From Escherichia coli (GTDB taxonomy: Bacteria; Pseudomonadota; Gammaproteobacteria; Enterobacterales; Enterobacteriaceae): 32,000 nucleotides of DNA. The notes beneath the pieces were generated by a model that searched no databases, was not told the DNA's origin, and worked only from the letters and a program-made list of their open reading frames with translations. The first letter of the stretch is position 1. Each line of letters opens with the position of its first letter. The stretch lies in assembly GCF_002948655.1 (NCBI RefSeq), contig NZ_CP026755.1; one strand, written 5' to 3'. Both the position numbers and the translations under genes were made by a program. Positions 23,852 through 32,000 of this stretch are shown piece by piece.

Positions 23852-24442
23852 ATGACGGCGGAAGGTCACCTTCTCTTTTCTATTGCTTGTGCGGTATTTG
23901 CCAAAAATGCCGAGCTGACGCCCGTGCTGGCACAGGGTGACTGGTGGCATATTGTCCCTTCCGCAATCCTGACGTGTTTGTTACCGGACATCGATCACCC
24001 AAAGTCGTTTCTTGGGCAGCGATTAAAGTGGATATCAAAACCGATCGCCCGCGCTTTTGGGCATCGTGGTTTTACCCACAGTCTGCTGGCGGTATTTGCG
24101 CTGCTGGCAACCTTTTACCTTAAGGTTCCTGAAAGCTGGTTCATTCCGGCTGATGCGCTACAAGGAATGGTGCTGGGTTATTTGAGCCACATACTTGCCG
24201 ATATGCTGACCCCCGCCGGTGTTCCCCTGCTCTGGCCATGCCGCTGGCGTTTCCGCTTGCCTATCCTGGTTCCCCAAAAGGGCAACCAACTGGAACGTTT
24301 TATCTGCATGGCATTATTTGTCTGGTCGGTATGGATGCCCCATTCATTACCCGAAAACAGCGCTGTCCGTTGGTCATCGCAAATGATCAATACCTTGCAG
24401 ATCCAGTTTCATCGGCTTATTAAGCATCAGGTTGAATACTAA
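23852..24442 (+). CDS. ydjM: LexA-regulated inner-membrane putative metal-dependent hydrolase
   Basis: 196 codons from MTAEGHLLFSIACAVF..., with His-rich motifs DIDHPKS, GHRGFTHS and SHILADM. The track ORF starts 4 codons earlier at a GTG. Confidence 0.9.
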   Translation: MTAEGHLLFSIACAVFAKNAELTPVLAQGDWWHIVPSAILTCLLPDIDHPKSFLGQRLKWISKPIARAFGHRGFTHSLLAVFALLATFYLKVPESWFIPADALQGMVLGYLSHILADMLTPAGVPLLWPCRWRFRLPILVPQKGNQLERFICMALFVWSVWMPHSLPENSAVRWSSQMINTLQIQFHRLIKHQVEY

Positions 24443-24574
24443 AAAGGCAAAAATCACCTTTCTGGAATAAGCAATTCCATTTGAATATAAGAGCCAGCTC
24501 ACAGTTCTGTTAATCTTGCGCCAACACTATGACTGCTACGCAGTGATAGAAATAATAAGATCAGGAGAACGGGG

Positions 24575-25966
24575 ATGAACTTTCCATTAATTGCGAACAT
24601 CGTGGTGTTCGTTGTACTGCTGTTTGCGCTGGCTCAGACCCGCCATAAACAGTGGAGTCTGGCGAAAAAAGTGCTGGTGGGTCTGGTGATGGGTGTGGTT
24701 TTTGGCCTCGCCCTGCATACCATTTATGGTTCTGACAGCCAGGTACTTAAAGATTCTGTACAGTGGTTTAACATTGTTGGTAACGGCTATGTTCAACTGC
24801 TGCAAATGATCGTTATGCCGTTAGTCTTCGCCTCTATTCTGAGCGCGGTTGCCCGTCTGCATAACGCATCTCAGTTAGGCAAAATCAGTTTTCTGACCAT
24901 CGGAACGCTTTTGTTTACCACGCTGATTGCGGCGCTGGTCGGTGTGCTGGTCACCAACCTGTTTGGTTTGACGGCTGAAGGTCTGGTTCAGGGTGGTGCA
25001 GAAACTGCACGTTTGAACGCCATCGAAAGTAACTATGTTGGTAAAGTCTCTGACCTGAGCGTTCCGCAGCTGGTCTTGTCCTTTATCCCGAAAAACCCGT
25101 TTGCCGATTTGACCGGAGCCAATCCGACGTCAATTATCAGCGTGGTAATTTTTGCCGCATTCCTCGGCGTAGCTGCGCTGAAGCTGCTGAAGGATGATGC
25201 GCCGAAAGGTGAACGCGTCTTAACCGCTATCGATACCCTGCAAAGCTGGGTGATGAAACTGGTTCGCCTGGTCATGCAGCTGACCCCTTACGGCGTTCTG
25301 GCGCTGATGACCAAAGTGGTTGCAGGTTCTAACCTGCAAGACATCATCAAACTGGGAAGTTTCGTTGTCGCGTCCTACCTCGGTCTGCTGATTATGTTTG
25401 CAGTGCATGGCATTCTGCTGGGCATTAATGGCGTGAGCCCGCTGAAATACTTCCGTAAGGTATGGCCAGTTCTGACGTTTGCCTTTACCAGCCGTTCCAG
25501 TGCTGCGTCTATCCCACTGAATGTGGAAGCACAAACGCGTCGTCTGGGCGTTCCTGAATCCATCGCCAGTTTCGCCGCCTCTTTCGGTGCAACCATTGGT
25601 CAGAACGGCTGTGCCGGTTTGTATCCGGCGATGCTGGCGGTGATGGTTGCACCTACGGTTGGCATTAACCCGATGGACCCGATGTGGATTGCGACGCTGG
25701 TCGGTATTGTTACCGTTAGTTCCGCAGGCGTTGCCGGTGTCGGTGGTGGTGCAACTTTCGCCGCACTGATTGTGCTGCCTGCGATGGGCCTGCCTGTAAC
25801 GCTGGTGGCATTGTTAATCTCCGTTGAACCGCTTATCGACATGGGGCGTACGGCGCTAAACGTTAGTGGCTCGATGACCGCTGGCACGCTGACCAGCCAG
25901 TGGCTGAAGCAAACCGATAAAGCCATTCTGGATAGCGAAGACGACGCCGAACTGGCACACCGTTAA
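24575..25966 (+). CDS. tcyP: L-cystine transporter (dicarboxylate/amino-acid:cation symporter family)
   Basis: 463-aa polytopic membrane protein. AGGAG lies 8 nt upstream of the start. Recognised as YdjN/TcyP. Confidence 0.93.
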   Translation: MNFPLIANIVVFVVLLFALAQTRHKQWSLAKKVLVGLVMGVVFGLALHTIYGSDSQVLKDSVQWFNIVGNGYVQLLQMIVMPLVFASILSAVARLHNASQLGKISFLTIGTLLFTTLIAALVGVLVTNLFGLTAEGLVQGGAETARLNAIESNYVGKVSDLSVPQLVLSFIPKNPFADLTGANPTSIISVVIFAAFLGVAALKLLKDDAPKGERVLTAIDTLQSWVMKLVRLVMQLTPYGVLALMTKVVAGSNLQDIIKLGSFVVASYLGLLIMFAVHGILLGINGVSPLKYFRKVWPVLTFAFTSRSSAASIPLNVEAQTRRLGVPESIASFAASFGATIGQNGCAGLYPAMLAVMVAPTVGINPMDPMWIATLVGIVTVSSAGVAGVGGGATFAALIVLPAMGLPVTLVALLISVEPLIDMGRTALNVSGSMTAGTLTSQWLKQTDKAILDSEDDAELAHR

Positions 25967-25969
25967 TTC

Positions 25970-26773
25970 TTATGCTGGCAACGGTCCGTTTTGTATAGGA
26001 GCCGTTGCCTTACTTTTTAAATGTTCCATCGCGGCGATGCATACTGACTCATATTTAAACAGATCGTCAGCGAAAAAAATGGCTAACTTATCGATACATT
26101 CCTGACTCAATGAATGTGCCTGTAGCGAAAAGCTTAAAACCTCATACCCGAGACGTTTTCTAAGTGAACTATCTGAAATACTCATAATATCTTCAAGCAC
26201 ACCATTTCCCATTCCCGGAAGATTTAGTGGATTAAAAAGAAGACTGATATTAAGCATTGATATTATCGAAGGAAACTTTAGGAGACTCTCATTTTTTTGA
26301 ATCGCAGCAAAAATGCTCCCGACAGGATGTATATAATTTTGTTCATAGTATATAGTCCTTAAATAGTGAATAACCAACCTGTTTTTTATATTAATCAAAT
26401 TGGTCATTTTTTCTGGGCGAAATACAGAAGTGACATCCATTCCAATAAAATCTTTATTTATACCTCTTATCCGAATTTCACTACCATAAAGATTATTAAT
26501 TATTACTCTATATTTAACATTGTCCTGCAGATATGTATCAAAACTAAGTGCTGGCGCTCCTGGCTTTGAGGCATCATAGTTAATGTTAGACATATAGGCA
26601 ATCATATAATTAAAGTTTGATTCTGCTATTTCATCGCAGTCACATTGACCCGTTGATATAAAGAAAGTGAGTGCTGTCATAGTAGACTGCAGCCTTTCTT
26701 TAAAAGAGTCGAAAGCCAGGCTTTTAATATTTAAATCACCATAATTACTCTGTATTAAGTTTGTAGAAAGCAT
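25970..26773 (-). CDS. ydjO: Orphan protein of unknown function in an AT-rich islet
   Basis: 267 codons from MLSTNLIQSNYGDL.... I see no signal peptide, TM segment or recognisable catalytic motif. Recognised as YdjO. The track ORF has a 4-codon extension. Confidence 0.8.
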   Translation of the reverse strand: MLSTNLIQSNYGDLNIKSLAFDSFKERLQSTMTALTFFISTGQCDCDEIAESNFNYMIAYMSNINYDASKPGAPALSFDTYLQDNVKYRVIINNLYGSEIRIRGINKDFIGMDVTSVFRPEKMTNLINIKNRLVIHYLRTIYYEQNYIHPVGSIFAAIQKNESLLKFPSIISMLNISLLFNPLNLPGMGNGVLEDIMSISDSSLRKRLGYEVLSFSLQAHSLSQECIDKLAIFFADDLFKYESVCIAAMEHLKSKATAPIQNGPLPA

Positions 26774-27061
26774 CTCCCGCCTCATATTGTTAACAAAATT
26801 ATTATCTCATTTAAATCTAAGTCATTTACAATATAAGTTTAAGAGCGACGCCACAGGATGAACTATCAAAAATAGCTCATCATGATTAGCAAAACTTAAC
26901 CATTTTAAAATAAATAAACAATTAAAGAAAAAAGTTCACTTATTTATAGCAATAGATCGTCAAAGGCAGCTTTTTGTTACAGGTGGTTTGAATGAATGTA
27001 GCAATGAAATACAAAATTTCAGGCCATGTAACTCCCGACAAAACCGGGAGGTACGTAATCT

Positions 27062-27304
27062 TTACTCAGTCACTTCCCCTTCCTGGCGGATCTGATTTGC
27101 CCAACGCTGGGCGGATTCAGGCACAGTAAACGCCGGTGAGCGCATAAATGACTCCCCCATCAGTACAAACGCAACATATTTGCCACGCAGCATCCAGACA
27201 TCACGAAACGAATCCATCTTTATCGCATGTTCTGGCGGCGCGGGTTCCGTGCGTGGGACATAGCTAATAATCTGGCGGTTTTGCTGACGGAGCGGTTTCT
27301 TCAT
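27062..27304 (-). CDS. cedA: Cell-division modulator CedA
   Basis: 80 codons from MKKPLRQQNRQIISYVPRTEPAPPEH.... The track ORF begins 7 codons earlier (MRLVKPV), so the start is uncertain by that amount. Confidence 0.85.
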   Translation of the reverse strand: MKKPLRQQNRQIISYVPRTEPAPPEHAIKMDSFRDVWMLRGKYVAFVLMGESFMRSPAFTVPESAQRWANQIRQEGEVTE

Positions 27305-27439
27305 TACTGGCTTCACTAAACGCATATTAAAAATCAGAAAAACTGTAGTTTAGCCGATTTAGCCCCTGTACGTCCTGCTTTGCGTGTATTTCATAACACC
27401 GTTTCCAGAATAGTCTCCGAAGCGGGATCTGACTGGTGG

Positions 27440-27448
27440 TCTATAGTT
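27440..27448 (+). promoter_or_regulatory. Candidate sigma-S type extended -10 element for katE
   Basis: TCTATAGTT resembles the RpoS-preferred -10 (K-C-TAYRCTT) and lies ~60 nt upstream of the katE ATG. katE is a classical RpoS-dependent gene. The placement is not experimentally anchored here. Confidence 0.4.
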
Positions 27449-27507
27449 AGAGGGTTTTTTGACCAAAACAGCGGCCCTTTCAGTAATAATTTAAGGAGAC
27501 GAGTTCA

Positions 27508-29769
27508 ATGTCGCAACATAACGAAAAGAACCCACATCAGCACCAGTCACCACTACACGATTCCAGCGAAGCGAAACCGGGGATGGACTCACTGGCACCT
27601 GAGGACGGATCTCATCGTCCAGCGACTGAACCAACACCGCCAGGTGCACAACCTACCGCCCCTGGGAGCCTGAAAGCCCCTGATACGCGTAACGAAAAAC
27701 TTAATTCTCTGGAAGACGTACGCAAAGGCAGTGAAAATTATGCGCTGACCACTAATCAGGGCGTGCGCATCGCCGACGATCAAAACTCACTGCGTGCCGG
27801 TAACCGTGGTCCAACGCTGCTGGAAGATTTTATTCTGCGCGAGAAAATCACCCACTTTGACCATGAGCGCATCCCGGAACGTATTGTTCATGCACGCGGA
27901 TCAGCCGCTCACGGTTATTTCCAGCCATATAAAAGCTTAAGCGATATTACCAAAGCGGATTTCCTCTCAGATCCGAACAAAATCACCCCAGTATTTGTAC
28001 GTTTCTCTACCGTTCAGGGTGGTGCTGGCTCTGCCGATACCGTGCGTGATATCCGTGGCTTTGCCACCAAGTTCTATACCGAAGAGGGTATTTTTGACCT
28101 TGTTGGCAATAACACGCCAATCTTCTTTATCCAGGATGCGCATAAATTCCCTGATTTTGTGCATGCGGTAAAACCAGAACCACACTGGGCAATTCCACAA
28201 GGGCAAAGCGCCCACGATACTTTCTGGGATTATGTTTCTCTGCAACCTGAAACTCTGCACAACGTGATGTGGGCGATGTCGGATCGCGGTATCCCGCGCA
28301 GTTACCGCACCATGGAAGGCTTCGGTATTCACACCTTCCGCCTGATTAATGCCGAAGGGAAGGCAACGTTCGTACGTTTCCACTGGAAACCACTGGCAGG
28401 TAAAGCCTCACTCGTTTGGGATGAAGCACAAAAACTAACCGGACGTGACCCGGACTTCCACCGCCGCGAGTTGTGGGAAGCGATTGAAGCCGGCGATTTT
28501 CCGGAATACGAACTGGGCTTCCAGTTGATTCCTGAGGAAGATGAATTTAAGTTCGACTTCGACCTTCTTGATCCAACTAAACTTATCCCGGAAGAACTGG
28601 TGCCCGTTCAGCGTGTCGGCAAAATGGTGCTCAATCGCAATCCGGATAACTTCTTTGCCGAAAACGAACAAGCAGCATTCCATCCAGGTCATATTGTTCC
28701 TGGTCTGGACTTCACCAACGATCCGCTGTTGCAGGGGCGTTTGTTCTCTTATACCGATACACAAATCAGTCGTCTTGGCGGACCAAATTTCCATGAGATT
28801 CCGATTAACCGCCCGACCTGCCCTTACCATAATTTCCAGCGTGACGGCATGCATCGTATGGGGATCGACACTAACCCGGCGAATTATGAACCGAACTCGA
28901 TCAACGATAACTGGCCGCGCGAAACACCGCCGGGGCCGAAACGCGGCGGTTTTGAATCATACCAGGAGCGCGTGGAAGGCAATAAAGTTCGCGAGCGCAG
29001 CCCATCGTTTGGCGAATATTATTCCCATCCGCGTCTGTTCTGGCTAAGTCAGACGCCATTCGAGCAGCGCCATATTGTCGATGGTTTCAGTTTTGAGTTA
29101 AGCAAAGTAGTTCGTCCGTATATTCGTGAGCGCGTTGTTGACCAGCTGGCACATATTGATCTCACTCTGGCCCAGGCGGTGGCGAAAAATCTCGGTATCG
29201 AACTGACTGACGACCAGTTGAATATCACCCTGCCTCCGGACGTCAACGGTCTGAAAAAGGATCCATCCTTAAGTTTGTACGCCATTCCTGACGGTGATGT
29301 GAAAGGTCGCGTGGTAGCGATTTTACTTAATGATGAAGTGAGATCGGCAGACCTTCTGACCATTCTCAAGGCGCTGAAGGCCAAAGGCGTTCATGCCAAA
29401 CTGCTCTACTCCCGAATGGGTGAAGTGACTGCGGATGACGGTACGGTGTTGCCTATAGCCGCTACCTTTGCCGGTGCACCTTCGCTGACGGTCGATGCGG
29501 TCATTGTCCCTTGCGGCAATATCGCGGATATCGCTGACAACGGCGATGCCAACTACTACCTGATGGAAGCCTACAAACACCTTAAACCGATTGCGCTGGC
29601 GGGAGACGCGCGCAAGTTTAAAGCAACAATCAAGGTCGCTGACAAGGGTGAAGAAGGGATTGTGGAAGCTGACAGCGCCGACGGTAGTTTTATGGATGAA
29701 CTGTTAACGCTGATGGCAGCACACCGCGTGTGGTCACGCATTCCTAAGATTGACAAAATCCCGGCGTAA
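27508..29769 (+). CDS. katE: Catalase HPII (large-subunit monofunctional catalase)
   Basis: 753 aa with the active-site region [22 protein letters not shown] and the proximal-ligand region [22 protein letters not shown] is present. Confidence 0.98.
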   Translation: MSQHNEKNPHQHQSPLHDSSEAKPGMDSLAPEDGSHRPATEPTPPGAQPTAPGSLKAPDTRNEKLNSLEDVRKGSENYALTTNQGVRIADDQNSLRAGNRGPTLLEDFILREKITHFDHERIPERIVHARGSAAHGYFQPYKSLSDITKADFLSDPNKITPVFVRFSTVQGGAGSADTVRDIRGFATKFYTEEGIFDLVGNNTPIFFIQDAHKFPDFVHAVKPEPHWAIPQGQSAHDTFWDYVSLQPETLHNVMWAMSDRGIPRSYRTMEGFGIHTFRLINAEGKATFVRFHWKPLAGKASLVWDEAQKLTGRDPDFHRRELWEAIEAGDFPEYELGFQLIPEEDEFKFDFDLLDPTKLIPEELVPVQRVGKMVLNRNPDNFFAENEQAAFHPGHIVPGLDFTNDPLLQGRLFSYTDTQISRLGGPNFHEIPINRPTCPYHNFQRDGMHRMGIDTNPANYEPNSINDNWPRETPPGPKRGGFESYQERVEGNKVRERSPSFGEYYSHPRLFWLSQTPFEQRHIVDGFSFELSKVVRPYIRERVVDQLAHIDLTLAQAVAKNLGIELTDDQLNITLPPDVNGLKKDPSLSLYAIPDGDVKGRVVAILLNDEVRSADLLTILKALKAKGVHAKLLYSRMGEVTADDGTVLPIAATFAGAPSLTVDAVIVPCGNIADIADNGDANYYLMEAYKHLKPIALAGDARKFKATIKVADKGEEGIVEADSADGSFMDELLTLMAAHRVWSRIPKIDKIPA

Positions 29770-29777
29770 ATATGGAT

Positions 29778-29805
29778 AAGGTCACGCCCCCTGGGGAGTG
29801 ACCTT
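29778..29805. terminator. Stem-loop shared by convergent katE and chbG
   Basis: AAGGTCAC (29778-29785) pairs with GTGACCTT (29798-29805), with inner GCCCC/GGGG pairing. It lies between the two stops. Confidence 0.65.
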
Positions 29806-29815
29806 ACCACCTTAC

Positions 29816-30577
<762 letters not shown>

Positions 30578-31930
30578 TTAATGTGCTTTTTTAAGCTCTG
30601 CGATGCAGTCGGCAAAATTTGGCAGCCATTTCTCGTGCGCCAGAATCATCTCGCGTGCCAGCAGCTCAGCATCGCGATCGGAATGCACCAACGGACTAAG
30701 GTTTAGGGCCAGTAACACATCGTTAAATTCTCCGCTAAGTGCGGCGTTGCTGGCAGCAATCTCGAAGCCTTTAATGGTGTGAATCAGCCCCATCACTTTA
30801 TCATCGAAATGCGTAATGCGCGGATGTGGCGTCGCGCCATCGCGCCCCAGCGTACAGGTCATTTCTACCGCCCAGTCTGCCGGAATATTATCAATATGCC
30901 CATGATGCGGGATATTAACGTAATGTTCAGCTTGCTTGTCGTTGTAGATAGCGTTGATCACTTCGCATGCAGCATCAGAGTAATAAGCCCCACCGCGCTG
31001 TTCCAGTTCTTTCGGCTTAACTTTCAACTCCGGGTTTTTATACAGCTCAAAAAGTTGTTTCTCGACTTTCTGTACTACCTGCGCTCGTGCGCCGCCTTTG
31101 TAGTATTCGCCCATTTCAATAGCCAGCATCTCTTTTTGCTTGAAGTAATAAAGCAAATAAGAACACGGCAACAGATTCAGAGAACGAATTAAGCCTTCGC
31201 TAAATGGCAGATCGAAAATATTTTTAACGCCAGATGCTTTTAACTGCCCGGATGCCACACCATCAAGCAATTCGGCAAAGCGTGATTTGCCATTTACCAG
31301 CACATCCTTAATGAACACCATATGGTTGAGGCCGAACAGATCGATAGATAAATCATCGCAGTCTTTCAGCATCAGAACATCGCGAATAAACATCTTCATG
31401 CCGATCGGAATATTACACACGCCGATAAAGCGTTTAAATCCGGTATGACGATAAACGGCTTCAGTGACCATTCCAGCCGGGTTAGTGAAGTTAATCACCC
31501 ATGCATTCGGACATAGTTCTTCGACATCTTTTACGATGTCAAAAATCACCGGAATGGTACGCAGACCTTTAAACAGACCGCCCGCGCCGTTAGTTTCCTG
31601 ACCAAGATAACCATGACTTAATGGAATACGTTCATCCAGTTCGCGCGCCGGTAATTGGCCTACGCGCAGTTGGGTAGTAACGAAATCAGCATCTTTCAAT
31701 GCTTCGCGGCGATCCAGCGTTTTATAAAGCTTCATCGGGACGCCAGCGTTATCAATCATCCGTTGGCAGAGATCAAAAATAATATCCAGTTTCTCTTTAC
31801 CATCTTCGACATCCACCAGCCATAATTCGCTGACCGGCAATTCGTGATAACGCTTAATAAATCCTTCCAGTAACTCCGGGGTATAGCTGCTCCCGCCACC
31901 AATAGTGACGACTTTTAATTTCTGGCTCAT
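30578..31930 (-). CDS. chbF: 6-phospho-beta-glucosidase, glycoside hydrolase family 4 (NAD/Mn-dependent)
   Basis: 450 aa with N-terminal dinucleotide-binding VTIGGGSSYTPEL. It lies 12 nt upstream of chbG. Recognised as ChbF/CelF. Confidence 0.96.
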   Translation of the reverse strand: MSQKLKVVTIGGGSSYTPELLEGFIKRYHELPVSELWLVDVEDGKEKLDIIFDLCQRMIDNAGVPMKLYKTLDRREALKDADFVTTQLRVGQLPARELDERIPLSHGYLGQETNGAGGLFKGLRTIPVIFDIVKDVEELCPNAWVINFTNPAGMVTEAVYRHTGFKRFIGVCNIPIGMKMFIRDVLMLKDCDDLSIDLFGLNHMVFIKDVLVNGKSRFAELLDGVASGQLKASGVKNIFDLPFSEGLIRSLNLLPCSYLLYYFKQKEMLAIEMGEYYKGGARAQVVQKVEKQLFELYKNPELKVKPKELEQRGGAYYSDAACEVINAIYNDKQAEHYVNIPHHGHIDNIPADWAVEMTCTLGRDGATPHPRITHFDDKVMGLIHTIKGFEIAASNAALSGEFNDVLLALNLSPLVHSDRDAELLAREMILAHEKWLPNFADCIAELKKAH

Positions 31931-32000
31931 AATTTCTCCCTTCAGTACAGAATACTGATATCTGGCATATCTGCCCCCCCGGACATAAATAATCCAGCAA

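Overview
This window reads as a collinear stretch of the Escherichia coli core chromosome, running ppsA to chbF. I identified it by recognising the translated proteins and known regulatory sequences from memory; no search or computation was run. I support 33 protein-coding genes. They include the translation cluster thrS-infC-rpmI-rplT-pheMST-ihfA, btuCED, aroH, selO, ydiV, pfkB, katE and chbFG. I also mark textbook cis elements: the Cra site at ppsA, the TrpR operator of aroH, a Fur box at ydiE, the pheM attenuator, the thrS tRNA-like operator, the AUU start of infC and tandem LexA boxes at ydjM. I saw no rRNA, tRNA, IS or transposon, prophage, CRISPR array, REP/BIME cluster or recognisable multi-gene defence or secretion system. 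I do not think the window holds a novel multi-gene system. The stretches worth a second look are single-gene or cis-level. (1) arpB is intact and AT-rich. Its N-terminal half carries Cys/His/Asp motif blocks that I recognise from the ShET2/OspD3/EspL effector-protease family, and its C-terminal half is a strict 48-residue repeat array. (2) An 11-bp perfect stem buries the selO Shine-Dalgarno and starts right after the ydiV stop codon. (3) ydjO is a very AT-rich orphan islet. (4) ydiZ is a small uncharacterised gene. The remaining findings are unexplained palindromes, an oddly oriented hairpin and short ORFs, and I scored them low.
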